This document shows, one piece after another, positions 1 through 17,157 of a DNA stretch of 64,000 bases (positions are counted from its first letter, which is position 1; the number at the start of each line of letters is the position of its first letter). The notes beneath the pieces are model-generated. The model searched no databases, had not been told where the DNA came from, and saw only the letters and a program-made list of their open reading frames with translations. Both the position numbers and the translations under genes were made by a program. The stretch is from the human T2T-CHM13v2.0 reference genome, Homo sapiens, in NCBI RefSeq assembly GCF_009914755.1, contig NC_060938.1, one strand, 5' to 3'.

Positions 1-3050
<3,050 letters not shown>

Positions 3051-4341
3051 GTTTTGTCCCATAGTCTCTGAAAATCCCGTAAGTGTAAGATTGGGATGTT
3101 TAACTCCCTTTTTGGACACTGAAAATCATGGTGGGTACATTGATGGAGGATACATGGTGGAGACTCTGAATTTTGCCTTCCTCTGAAGAATAATTCTCAT
3201 TTTACTAAGCAATTAACTTGGCTGGATTCAAACTTCAAATTCAGGCTTCCCTGTTTATATCTATGACAGTGATTCCAATAAAGCAAATAGAATCTCTGCT
3301 CAACCTCTTCAGCTTCAAGTTTCTGAGTTTGCAGCAGACCTTGCTATTTCTTCCTGCAATCGCATAGTTTAACAATTAGCCAAGAATTTTGGTGACTTTT
3401 ACATGCGGATTTTGGAGCTCCTACCTATATGATCTCTTCCAAGATTCTCTGCCCCTTAATTTTTATCTGCTTTGCCAGTCTCAAATCTATCTTCTACTGA
3501 CAAAAAGTCAGTAGGCATGTCAATCCATCAAGAAGACATAAGAATCCTAAATGATTATATACCAAATAAAAGATACATTATTTTCAGTTTTCTGATGCCC
3601 TGAGCCATGGGGACTTTAGGGAATGCACCAGACAAAAATGCTTTAAATTTACACATATAACTAAGGTCTTGTCTTTCCTGTTTTTCAAATGAAGAATCCC
3701 CTACAGTTTCTGCCAGATTTTAACCACTAGCTAGCACATTCATATAGTTTGGTGATTTTACATATATATCCTAGATTTTATATCTGGTATCTTAGTTTTT
3801 GTTGTATGTGCTAGAGGTTTAGTCTGACCATGCCACATTGCTGTTACTGGAATCTGTAAGCTCCCTGTACCATTTATTCTGTGTGTGTCGATATCACATA
3901 TTATAATCAGTGACCATCAGGGAAAGCTGTCATTCAGGCTTTGGATCTGCCTCTTGTTGTTTTATGCACAGTTTCACTCTAGAGGAAGATATTTACAGAC
4001 GGAAGCAGCTAGCCAGCAGTCACCAGGAATACTGAGACTCCTTCACTAAGTCAAGAGGAGCCAGCCCTTTAGTCTGATTCACAGGTCAAAGTGTTAACAT
4101 AGCTGGACAGAACATACTCCTGATTACCTAAAGGAAGAACATAAGAGCATTTCCTTTTGGGCTTATGCAGAATCTTGACCCTATTCCGGAAATCTCCTGA
4201 TAATATTTCTATGTGAAATTAGATTAAAGATATCCACATTCAAAACTTTCATCATCTGTTGGTTTCCTGTTCTCCTCTTTTCTGGAGACACTGAAATTCT
4301 TCCATATTAGCAAAGGGAGATAGTAAATAACAGAAATATAA

Positions 4342-4505
4342 TGGCTTGATACTTAAAATGTGTTATGTGGATCAGCAGTGTTAGCATCATCTGGCAACGC
4401 TTTAGAAATGCAGAAACTCAGGCTTTATAAATCCACTGAGTCAGAATGTGATTTTAACGAGATTCACCAGATGATTCTTAGGCATATTAAAGTCTGAGAA
4501 ACACC
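4342..4505. mobile_element. MER5A1-like hAT-Charlie MITE
   Basis: cagcagtgttagcatcatctgg...tagaaatgcagaa...actgagtcagaat...ttttaacgagatt...attaaagtctgagaaacac resembles the MER5A/5A1 consensus. Confidence 0.7.
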
Positions 4506-7500
4506 AAGCTAAAACACAGGCTGCTTGGAGAAGAGCTTCTTAAATTATCAAAGGATATTATTTGTTATTCATGACAATCATAGACTAATACCAATAATAT
4601 ACAATAGAAATCAGTATAAAATATATAATATCTATTTTATTAGATTCAATAAACAGAATCATTATAAAAAATCAGATCATACATTAAAAACAAAAAGAAT
4701 CATAAAAACTATTCATTGAAATAATGCCTTTTAGATTATTAATATTCACATATAAAACACTAAACATCTGTTGACTTTATAATTCACTACCTACTCTTTC
4801 AAGTTATTTTGTTTGAATTTATTTTATAATGCTTTGTATAAAAATTCCACCTAGGTTTTGGTGATTTCATTGCTTTATTAGCCAGTCAATCTCGCAAATA
4901 ATACATTGTAGTTTTCTCATTTCAAATGTATTTACAAAATGGAATTAAATGTATGAAATCTTTTTGTCTATGTCTTCAGAATCACTTCCATTTTTACTCC
5001 TTGCCTTATTACTATTGCTACATGCAGAAAGGGATATCTTTGCTTGACAGAGATTCCAGTGAAGTTTGCTTTGCCATGTACAAATTGTTCAAAATAAATA
5101 ATTCAAAACTTCCTTCCTTAGTTACTAGTTGCAAACAATAAATGTGGAAAAATATCTGATTATTCATAAATCAAAATGGTAATGAAATATTAAGTTATCA
5201 AAATGTTTACTTTTTTTCATATTCGTGTACCTTTTGAATGCGAGATGACAGACTAACCTTAAAACATCACATCTCAGAACATTGTCTTACAAGACATAGT
5301 AGTATGCAGTTTGTACCATATGAAAACCATACCATGAATTCAACAACTGAACTGGTATAGATCCTGTTCAGAAGGAGACATCCACCAGCCATTCTCTTGG
5401 CTGTCACAATAATGTCTAATTACTATAAAAATATGCAAATGCTTACTCTCAAGTATAGTATTTATCTTTTTGCAGATCTGTAACAGGGTTGGTTGTATTC
5501 ATCAATCCACATACCATACTCTAAGCAGCATTGTTCTCAAGTACTCAAATTAAATTCTGACCCAGTATACCAAGAAAATGGGCATTCCTCATTTTCATAT
5601 CCACTGTTTTTCATGTAACCATGCTGAGTAATAAACTAGATGAGGCAGTGTAGATACAGCAGCTTTGTGATTTATGTCTATAGCTGCCTAACTAGAGTCC
5701 ACTTGAGAAATGACAGGTTAGTACTCCAAAACTTCAAGACATACAGATTTGGATTTGCAAATTAAATTTAGATCATAAGTTCCCTTTTCCTAAGTTTCTC
5801 CTCTACTCTCCCCCAATCCCTTATCGAAATCTCACTTAATATGGTTCTACAGTATTCTCCATCCTAAGGTCATATTTGACCTATACCTCTGGCTCTTTCA
5901 ATTTTTATTTCATTACATTATAGAGATTAGATATTCCATTTCTATTGTGCCTCACCAATAATTTTATATGTTAAACAAATCTATGCATATTTGCATTTAT
6001 TCTGCTTCTTAGATGAAGCTGGTTTTTCCTTAATATTTTTATTTGTGTGTTCATTTCTAAACACTCAGACCATCTTCAATGCTTTATTTTAATTACCATA
6101 ACAAGACCAATAATTTCAGGCTTCTGTGACTTTAGATCATAGTCTGACAATAAATGGAAGACAATTCCACTGAAGGAGGGGCCTGGCAGGTAATGGCAAA
6201 GGAGGGATACTAAATGTCTACTACTTAACAAGCCACTTGAGTACAGCGTCTCACTGCCACCAGTACTCTCAGTGAGGTACTCAATTACCTTATTGACTGG
6301 AGTGTTGTCTGCTAGTTCTTCCAAAGGCTTCAAAAATCTTTGAATTGACCAAATCATAAGACATTCCCTACAGCATTCAGAATGCCAAATGCCTTGGAGA
6401 AATGGAAACAATGGCTATTTCCTGCTTATATAACATATATTGTCATCTGGCTTCCGAAGCTGCACTACCTAGTCTCAAAGAATACTTAGTGAAAGAGACT
6501 TTGGACCTCCTTCTGTAATAATTTAAGGGGTGCATTAGGAAGATAAATCCAGAAAGAAAGAAATAGAACAGCATGAAAAAGAATAGATTGGAAGTAGGAA
6601 TATTATGATAGGATTCTGATTAGAAGTAATGGGGGCCTGAATTAATGTAGAAGGACAAGAGAGAACAGAACAGTTTTGGGAAACATTACATAAATTGATT
6701 GAATATAGGATAATAGGGAAAGCATGTCTTTAGAGAGAGAAAAATGTTGAAAGAGTAATTTAGTATATTTTTAAGTAAATAAAATTTGAGGTGGCACTGA
6801 GATTCAAGTGGTATCCATAAATTTAGATATCTGTATAATAAAAATCCCTAAAAGTTGTGAAATAATGGCAAGTAAAGGCATTCAGATAAAATTGTGGGTA
6901 AATCATAAAAACAGCAATCCTAAGTAATGACTAACTAATAAGTCAAAAAATAAATGGATGTTTGTTTTCATGCCCAAAGGGTATTGAATTACATGAATTA
7001 TAGCTTTAAACAATGTCCTACAATGCAGCATATGATAAAACATGGCAATAAAATATATAAAAAACAAAATTAATCAGAAAAGCAGTAAGACTGTAAGACC
7101 CCAAGAGAGCAAAATAGTCTAATAGGCAAAAAGTTGAAGCAAATAATCCATACAAAAGGAAATATAGCCAATGAACATTTGAAACATTCCATTTTACTAA
7201 AAATAAAAGAAATTCAAAGAATTAAGATTTCTATACCTAATACTCTTAAGCTTAACAAATTAGCAAAGATGTTTAAAATATTGTGATTCCTCTAAGTTGG
7301 GGAATATATGATAATGCAGACTTAGCTATTCTGGTACAATACTCCTAAAAAGCAATTTAAAAATACATACATCAAAAGGCCTAAAAGTGTTTATGTCTGG
7401 AATTATACTGCTAGACCCATCCTATGGAAACTATCAGAAATAGGAAGACTTAAGCATAAAGTTCATTACAACTTCATCTATAAAATCAAAAAATGTGGGG

Positions 7501-7859
7501 GGATCCTAAATACCCCATAATATTGCCTTGCTTATTTCTAAACACTTTTATAGTAGATAGTATCTTCCTGAATTTTGAAACATATTAGGTACATATTGTT
7601 GCATAAATAACGTAGACTTTAAATTTTATGAATGTGGAAAAATGGTTCTAATGTAATATGAAAATGGACAAGCAAAATAATGCATACGTATTATGTATAA
7701 TAATTACATTTTGTTATATTATGTATAACATACACGAGAGAAATTCACTAACATGTATATGTAACACTTATATGTAGTTATTTGAAGATTTTATAACTAG
7801 CAGGAATATCATTCTTTTGTGTTTCTACGTTTTCCAGTGTATATTCATGATATTGCAAT

Positions 7860-9420
7860 AAGTAAATTTTATAGCTGAATAGTAATCATCTATGTTATGA
7901 ATAGATCAGTTTGTTGATCCATTGTGGCAGCCATGGAGGTGTGCTCCTCAAGTCTACCTTCAGGAAACAAGCAAATGTGAGGAGTGTAGGGAACTGACAG
8001 CCTCAAGTTGCAATTCTTTACAAGCTGTTCAGTATTTGAGATGAGTCATCCTTTTTCTGGGTGGCACCGGGTGATGACTGAACACAGCTTGTATTCTAGG
8101 GTTCAGCTTTTCACAGATGTGAGGCCCACATCATGTTCTTAAAGATTTTCTATCTTATTCCAGCTCTCTTGCCTTTTCATCTTTTACAGGTGTTTCCCCT
8201 AATACACTCTTGCAATACTCTGTTTTGGCATCCACTTCCAATAGGACATAAACCAACAAATCCATTCACGTGTTGATGGATATTTGAGTTGATTCCACTC
8301 TTCAGCTATTATAAATAAAATTGCTATTTGTGTACAAGTAGTTTTGTGGGGCGTGGTGGGGGGATGCTTTTATTTCACTTAGATAACTATCAAGAGCGAA
8401 ACTGCTGGGTCATGGGATATGTTTATGTGTAACTATTAGAAACTGCCCAGCTGTTTTCCAGAGTATCTGTACCTTTTTCACTCCCACCAGCAATATGAAA
8501 GTTGTGGTTGTTCCACGGCCCTAACACTATTTGATACTGTAAATTAAAAAAAAAAAAAACATTTTAGTGGGTCTGCATAGGTCTCTCATTGTGGTCTTAA
8601 TTTGTATTTTGCCGATGACTAATTATATTGAACATCTTTTCCTGTGCTGAACAACCATTTATATATCTTTCTTGGAGAACCATTTTAAAATTTCAGGCAC
8701 TTTAAAAAATTTGGGCTGATGTTCTAATTATTGTATTACAGAAGTTTTTATATGTTCTAGAAAGTAGTCCTTTCCTAAAAATATGACTATTGTGAATATT
8801 TTCTCCTACTTTGTAGCTTGCCTTTTCATTTTCTTAATGGTGCCTTTTGGTGCCTTTTGAAAAGAAGGCTTTAACCTGATCAAGTACAATTTATAGTGTT
8901 TTTTTTCTTTTATGGTATTTTTTCATGCACAGCAATTTTCCTTTATTTTTTCAAGAATTCTTACAGTCTTATTTTTTGTATTTAAGTCTATAATCCATTT
9001 CAGATTAATGTTTGTTCAGTTTGAAGAAGTGTTGAGATTTTTCTTCTCTTACTATAGGTCGCCGGTTTACAATATTTGTTGAAAATATATGCATTATCTA
9101 TTGATTAATATGTTTGGGCATATCTTCAAGAACACATTGACCTTGTGTATGTGGCTCTATTTCTGGAAAAGCTACTGTTTTGTTGATTCTAAAGTCTACC
9201 CTTACACCAATAACACACTGTATTAATTATCATAGTCTTATATAAAGTATCGAAATCAACTTTGCTCTTCTTTGAAAAATTGTTTTAGTTATTCTAGTTC
9301 AATTTAACTTCCAAGTCTGCTTGTCAGTTCTAGAATTTTTCTTTTTATGCTTTTAATCTGCTGATATTCCCTCTGTTCATTTATGAAGAGTATATGTCTC
9401 CTTAATTCTTTGAATACATT
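7860..9420 (-). mobile_element. Old L1M 3' part (antisense)
   Basis: atccattcacgtgttgatggatatttgag, ttcactcccaccagcaatatg and ctcattgtggtcttaatttg are antisense L1 ORF2/3'UTR motifs. Confidence 0.7.
7923..8258 (+). mobile_element. LTR16A-family solo LTR (ERVL), internally deleted
   Basis: Starts tgtggcagccatggaggtg, contains ctgacagcctc, ends ...ccaaca; host atccat repeated on both sides. Confidence 0.6.
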
Positions 9421-9547
9421 TGTAAAAAGAAAAGTCAAGAAAAGACCCATAAATAACTCATCTAGTATAATAATTGAAGAGTTTAAAGCCGCTACTATAT
9501 ATGTCTCTTTCCATATATTCTAATAACTCAAGCTGTCATGAACTCTT

Positions 9548-10048
9548 TTTTTTTGACTTTATTATTCACTTTTAATTTTAAAGTTTCTATGACAAAGAGT
9601 TTCAAACAAAACAAAATTAGACAAGATAATAAAATGAATCCAGACATACTCACAATACTATAATACTAAAATATATCCACAATGTGCATCCCCAATAACC
9701 ATTAACCCATGTACAATTTTGCCCTTCCCACATCCCATCCATATTGCCATCTACATTCCACCACTATACCTCTCCTACTATCATTTGTAAGCAAAATCCT
9801 TAAGTATTTGAGTATATGTTTCTAGAAGATAAGTATTTTTTTTCAAACAAAAGCACAATATTATTGTTGTACGTAAACATTTAGTAAAAATATTTCATAT
9901 CATAAGTATTCAAATATTTAGCCGCCACAAATTTCTAATTGCTGATTAAATGACATAATTTTTTTATGTTGTTTGAAACAAGCTCTAATTTAGGTTCATA
10001 CTTTGTGATTGATTAATGTCTTTTAAATCTTTTTTTTATTATTATTAT
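9548..10048 (-). mobile_element. Retrotransposed ~500-bp insert resembling an old L1MC 3' end
   Basis: Perfect 14-bp TSD tgtcatgaactctt (9534-9547, 10049-10062), T-tract at the left end, L1MC-like 3'UTR phrases. Confidence 0.6.
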
Positions 10049-10370
10049 TGTCATGAACTCTTAACAGCTGACTTCTCAGCTTAGCATGACTGCCATGCTC
10101 TACTTGGACCCTGGCTCACTGTGCTGTGGTCAGAATATTATTTCCAGGAAGATAGCTGGTCTGGTAATGGAGCTTACCTTCCGTTTTCCAGCTCTCAAAG
10201 ATTGCACTCTTCTACTGCCTGCTGTGCAGTGCCTGAATACAGTTGCTTCATATATTTTGTTTAGTTTTATGATTGTTGACAAGAAGACGAACTACTCTAG
10301 CAGAGCTTTTTTCTTTAATCTGAAAATGCTAGATTAGGTTTGATGATGGCATCAGTTAATATTTCTAGGC

Positions 10371-10564
10371 CAGTGATATGTAATAGAACTTTCTATAATG
10401 ATTAAAATGCTCTATATCTCTACTAACCAATAAGAGGCTACTAGCTGCATGCAGTAATTGACCACTTAAAATGTAGTTACTACAGTTGAGGAAGTGGATT
10501 TCTAATGTGTCATTTAATTTAGATAGTCACATGAGGCTAGTGGCTACCATCTTGGACAGTGCAG
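10371..10564. mobile_element. MER3 hAT-Charlie MITE
   Basis: aatagaactttc...cacttaaaatgtag...atagtcacatgaggctagtggctaccatcttggacagtgcag. Confidence 0.75.
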
Positions 10565-11748
10565 TTCTAAGTACGAGGGATAAAAGCATTTACCTTGAAC
10601 CAGCATAAGTGCCTTATGCGAGTAACTTATGTTGATGTTGGTTACTTGAGTCAATTTTCTGGCTTGCTTTGTTTCTTACAGTTTGTTTGGTTCTCAAACA
10701 TCTGCCCACCCCATCACCACAAATCGCTCTCTGATACGTGTGTTCTTCTTATATTTCAGTTTCGGCATTGCATCTGACATGATGCCAATCTTAACCTTCC
10801 CTCTTTTTTTTTTTAATGTAAGTAATATATCTATTATAAGGAGAAACTGTGTCCCAATCATCCCTAAAATTCACAATAGCACTATGTGCTGTGCCTCATT
10901 ATGACTGATTGTCTATTTTTGACATTTTGACTCTTAGGGTGAAACTGAAGGTTTGTACTTACAAGAGGATCAGAATTTAGATAAACATTGATTGACATTA
11001 CTTGATTTTACCAAGAAATAATCAAGGGAAAAACTGTGTTTTCCTCATATAGTTCTAAATTTATGCCATTAGAATATTGTTAATACTAGATCAACTTTAA
11101 TTGTAGCTGTTTTTTCCTACTTCAGAATTCCATGTGCAAGAAAGGGTAAAACTGAGTATTAATTTAGATCTAATTGGCCACTCTAATAAAAATTCAGATT
11201 TCGGTGTTTTAACATCTACCTAATATAAAGTAACATAAGTAAATATATACAAAACCTAGATATAGGAGAGTGGTGAAACAAGATGGTGGAAAAGGACTCT
11301 CTAGGGGTCATCCCCCTAAACACAAAAAAATCAATTTGAACAACTATCCATGCAGAAAAATACCTTCACAAGAACTAAGGAAATCAGGTGAAAGATCACA
11401 GAATCTGGTTGTAGCAAAGTAAGAAAAATTGAATTGAATGGAGTGGGAAGAACAGTTCTATAGGACTTTGAAAAGAGAGAAAGAAAAAAGCAGAAAGCTT
11501 AAGAAAATGTTAGCAGAAAACTTCCTAAACCTGGAGAAATATGTAAATATCCAGGTAAAGAAAGGTTAAAGATCTTCAATCATATTCAATCCAAAGTAAC
11601 CCAAGACTTATAATCAAACCGTCAAAAATCAAAGAGAAGATCTTGAAAATAGCTGGAGAAAATAAGTAAATAATGTATAAGGTATTCCAATATTCTAGCT
11701 GATTTCTCAGCAAAAATCTTACAGGCCAGGAGAAAGTGAGATGATATA

Positions 11749-12242
11749 CATGCAGATGTTCACTGTAGTACTGTTCACAATAGCGAAGATATGGAATCAA
11801 CCTAAATGCTCATTAATGAAAGACTGGATAAAGAAAATATGGTACATATACACCATGGAATACTATGCAGCCATAAAAAAGAGTGAGATCATGTCCTTTG
11901 CAGGAACATGGATGGAGCTGGAGACCATTATCCTTAGCAAACTAACACAGGAACAGAAAACCAAGGACCCCATTGTCCTCACTTATAAGTGGGAGCTAAA
12001 TGAGAACACATGTACACATAGAGCGGAACAACACACATTGGGGCGTTTCAGAGGGTGAAGGGTGGGAGGAAAGAAAGGATCAGGAAAAATAACTAATGGG
12101 TACTAGGCTTAATGCCTAGGTGATGAAATAATCTGCACAGAAAACTCCCATGACACAAGTTTAACCTATGTTACAAACCTTGACTCGTACCCCTGAACTC
12201 AAAAGTTTTTTTGTTTTTTTTTTGTTTTTCTGGGGTTTTTGT
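11749..12242 (+). mobile_element. 5'-truncated L1PA13-like 3' end inserted in the host L1 ORF1
   Basis: ORF2 C-terminus (IAKIWNQPKC...), 3'UTR ggatcaggaaaaataactaatgggtactaggcttaat; degenerate TSD agtgagatgatata/agtgtaaggtgatata. Confidence 0.8.
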
Positions 12243-12601
12243 AGTGTAAGGTGATATATTCAAAAAGCTGAAGGGAAAAAAAAAATTCTGTCAACCCAAA
12301 ATACTGAACCCAGCAAAACTATCCTTTGGAAATGAAGAGATAATGACTTTTCCATATAAACAAAAGCTGAGGTAGTTTATCACCACCAGACTTGTGTTAC
12401 AAGAATTTCTAAAGGGAGTTCAAGCTGAAAGAAAAGAGTGCTAATAAGTAACATTAAAACATCTGAAAGTACAATACTCACTTGTAAAATTAACTACAAA
12501 GTTAAATTTAGAATAATACTATAATGATGGTGTATAAATCACATATCTATAGTATGAAGGTTAAAAGACAACTATTAAAAATAATAGCCAGAATAATTTA
12601 A

Positions 12602-13101
12602 CCCTTTTGGCATTTAGAAAAAGAGTATAGCTCGCTGCCAAGCTAATTTTAGATAAACACACTCTTTGAGGCAGAAGCAAATCTGACTCCCAATGTGAAA
12701 ATAAAATATCAAAACTGTTCTTGAAGTTACTTCTAAACATAACTAATATCAGAATCATCTGAATCATCTGAGTCATCCAAATTATCTATTTAGGAAAAAT
12801 TAGATTCATAAAATGAATCTTTGGCCAAGAACTGTTCGAAAACGATGTTAACATCCCGTGTAGAAATGCTGTCTTTTCTAGCATTTGACATTTTCAGCGA
12901 ATGAGAATTACTCTATTTTTTAGATGAAAATCCCACTACTAAAAACAGAATGCTAAAAACAGAATTTTGTTTCCAAAGTTGATATACTAGAACAATGTGA
13001 AAATAATAATAAAAACAACATATTTCATGGCAAAGTTATCTCTGGATAATTCTGCAGCCACAAGCACTGCCGGTGAGTATCTCAGGAAAATGGGAAAAGA
13101 A
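12602..13101 (-). mobile_element. MER75 piggyBac-family non-autonomous DNA transposon
   Basis: TTAA target duplication at 12598-12601 and 13102-13105, ccctttt.../...gggaaaag termini, internal match to recalled MER75 (ttccaaagttgatatactag, gcaaagttatctc). Confidence 0.85.
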
Positions 13102-14860
13102 TTAAGGTATATGCAATATAAAAGATGTAAATTGTGAATAAAATATTCAGAATATTGGGGGAGGAGTACAGTAAAAGTGTACATTTTTATTGTGATCAAA
13201 GTTAAATTGTTATCAGCTTAAAATAACCTGTTATAACTATGTTTTTGTACGTATCATGGTAACCACAAAGCAAAACCTATAATAGATACTCAAAAAATGA
13301 AAAGCAAGAAATCAGAACCTACCACTAGAGAAAAATTACTAGGTCACAAAGAAAGATAGCAAGAAAAGGAAGAAAGAAACAAAGGCTCTAGAAAACAACT
13401 AGAAAACAGTTGACAAAATGGCATATATTTTTACTGTCGATAATTACCTTGAATATCAATGAATTAAATTATCTAATGGAATGACATATTGTGGCAGAAT
13501 AGATTAAAAACATGATACAACTAAATATGCCTACAAGAGACTTGCTTCACCTGTAAGTATATACAAAGACTGAAAGTGAAAGGATGGACAAATATTCCAT
13601 GCTAATAGAAACCAAAAGAGAGCAGGAATAGCTAGACTTATGTCAGACAAAACAGACTGCTAAGAAAGACAAAGAAGGTCTTTGACTATAATCAATAATA
13701 CATGTTGATAAAGGAGTCGATTCATTAAAAGGATATGACATTTGCAAATAGATATACACCCAACATCAGAGCATCTAAATACACAAAGCAAATATTAATA
13801 AATCTGACTGGAAAGATAGATTGCAATACAGTAATAGAAGACCTCAACACTTTCAGCAGTGGACAGATCATCCAGACAAAAAAAAAAGGGAAAATCTTAA
13901 CCTTAAAATACACTCTTGATCAAATGGACTTAACAGACATATATAGAATATTCCATGCAAAAGCAGCAAAATATGCATTATTCAATTACACATGAATAAT
14001 TATCCAGTATAGATCATATGTTAGGCCACAAAATAAGTCTTAACAAATGTAAAAAGTTTAAAATAATATCAGATATCTTCCTAATCACAACGGTATAAAA
14101 TTAGAGATTAATAGCAGAAGGAGCATTGGAAAATTCAAAACCACATGGAAATTAAACAACATACCCCTGAACAACAAATGGGCCAATTAAGGAATTAAAT
14201 GGAAAATTGAAAAATTTATTGAGACAAATGAAAACACAACTTATCAAAACTTATGGGATGATGCAAAAGGAGTTCTATGGGGGAGCTTTATAGCAATACA
14301 TACCTACATCAAAAAATAAGATCTCAAATAAACAATGTTGCACCAAAAGGACACACAAAAAATAAAATACTAAGCCCAAATTAAGAAAATAAATAATAAA
14401 GGTCAGAGCAGAAATAAATGAAAGACACTAGAAAAATAGAAAATTAATAAAACTAAGAGTTGGTATTTTTAAAAAAATATACAACAAACTTTTAGCCAGA
14501 CTAAGGAAAAAGAAGAATGAAATAAAAACAGAAATGAAAGGGGAGACTCTACAACTGATAGCAGAGAAATACAAAGGATTATAAGAGACTATTATGAATA
14601 ATTACATACCAACAACTTGGATCATCTAGAAGAGATGAATAAACTCCTAGACACATGCAATATACCAAGATTAAAGAGTAAAAAAAAAAAACATAGAAAA
14701 TCTGAACAGACCAAAAAAAGTGAGGAGACTTGTTCAGTAATTAATGTTTCCCATCAAAGAAAACCCCAAGACCTGGTAAACCCACTGCTGAATTCTATTA
14801 AACATTTGAAGAAAAACTACTATCAATTCTTCTCCAAAACCAGATAACAACACTACAAAA

Positions 14861-14976
14861 GGAAGGAAGGAAGGAAGGAAGGAAAGAAGGAAGGAAGGAA
14901 GGAAGGAAGGAAGGAAGGAAGGAAGGAAGGAAGGAAGGAAGGAAGGAAGGAAAGAAGGAAGGAAGGAAGGAAGGAA
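14861..14976 (+). repeat. (GGAA)n microsatellite: (GGAA)6 AGAA (GGAA)16 AGAA (GGAA)5
   Basis: Counted directly. Confidence 0.97.
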
Positions 14977-16269
14977 AAAACTACAAGCAAATATTCCTGA
15001 TGAACATAGATGCAAAAATCTAAAACCTAATATTGGTATACCTAATTCTATAGCACATTAACAAGATCATCCATCATGATTAAGTGGGATTCATCCCAGG
15101 GATACCAGGATGATTCAACACACACAAATCAATAAATGTAACGTATCATATTAACAGATGAAGGACAAAAACCATAGTATCAACTCAATAGATGCAAAAA
15201 AGGTATTTGCAAGATTTGACATTCTTTCCTAAATACTATCAAAAAAATTAGATTTAGAAGGAATGTACCGCAATATGAAAAAAGGCCATGTATGACCAAA
15301 AAACAGTTAACATAATTCTCAATGGGGAAAAGTTGAAGGCTTATCCTTTAAGAGCCTACATTCCTGTAAGACGTGGATGTCCACTTTTGCCACTTCTATT
15401 CAACATAGGACTGGAAGTCTTAGCCAGAACAATTAGGCAAGTAAAAGAAACAAAAGGCATCCAAACCAGAAAGGAAGAAATTAAATTGCCCCTACCGACA
15501 GACAACAATTAAAAAACCCTAAAGGCTCTACCAGAAATGGTTAGAATAAACAAATTCAGTAAAATTTCAGGATACAAAAATCAACTTATAATAAATTGCA
15601 TTTATATACACTAACAGTGAACTATCTAGCTTACAAAAAATAAAATAGGAATATATTTAATGAAGGAAGTAAAATATCTCTATACTAAAAACTATAAAAC
15701 ACTGATAAACAAAACTGAAGACATAAAAGGAAAGATTCCATGTTGAAGGATTGGAAAAATATTGTTAAAATGTCCATAATACTCAAAGTGACTTACAGAT
15801 TAAACAAAATCTCTACAAAAATACCAATGACATTCTTCACAGAAACAGGAAAAACACAATCCTAAAATTCATATGGAACCAGCAAAGACCCAAAATAGCC
15901 AAAGCAATCTTAAGCAAAAAGAACAAAGCTTGAGGCATCATACTGCCTGCCTTTAAAACCTACTACACAAAGCTGTAGTAATCAAAGCAGTATGACACTA
16001 GCATAAAAACAGACATACAGCCCAATGGAACAGAATACAGCCCAGAAATGAACCCACACATTTATAATTAGTTGATTTTGACAAAGATGCCAAGAACACA
16101 CAATGGGAAAAAGACAGTCTTCAATAAACAGTGTTGGAACAACTGGATACCCACATGAAGAAGAATAAATTTAGATCCTTATCTCACACCATATAAAAAT
16201 CATCTCAACATGGATTACAAACATAAATCCATTTTGTTTCCCTGTTAGGGGAAAACCTCTGTGACATTA

Positions 16270-16674
<405 letters not shown>

Positions 16675-16845
16675 CTAAAAAGCTTCTACACAGCCACAAA
16701 GACTATCAGAGTGAAGATACAACCTATGGAATGGGAAAAAATATTTATAAACCATATATCTGAAAATGGGTTAATATCTAAAATATATAAGGAACTCCAA
16801 CAACTCAATAGCAAAAGACCAAATAACCTGATTTAAAAATGGGCA

Positions 16846-17157
16846 GGCCAGTCGCGGTGGCTCACGCCTGTAATCCCAGCACTTTGGGAGGCCTAGGCGG
16901 GCGGATCACGAGGTCAGGAGATGGAGACCACAGTGAAACCCCGTCTTTACTAAAAATACAATAAACAAACAAACAAAAAAATTAGCCAGGCACAGTGGAG
17001 GGCTCCTGTAGTCCCAGCTACTTGGGAGGCTGAGGCCCGGAGAATGGCGTGAACCCGGGAGGCGGAGCTTGCAGCGAGCCAAGATCGCGCCACTGCACTC
17101 CAGCCTGGGGCGACAGAGCGAGACTCCGTCTCAAAAAAAAAAAAAAAAAAAAAAAAA
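16846..17157 (+). mobile_element. AluY with 12-bp left-arm deletion (AluYd/Yc-type)
   Basis: ggatcacgaggtcaggagat, gagaccacagtgaaaccc (deletion), agaatggcgtgaacccgggaggcggagcttgc; many CpGs intact; TSD ~aaaaatgggca. Confidence 0.9.

Noticed and set aside
14734-15015. PSFL-repeat ORF
   Set aside because: Translation of the TTCC microsatellite
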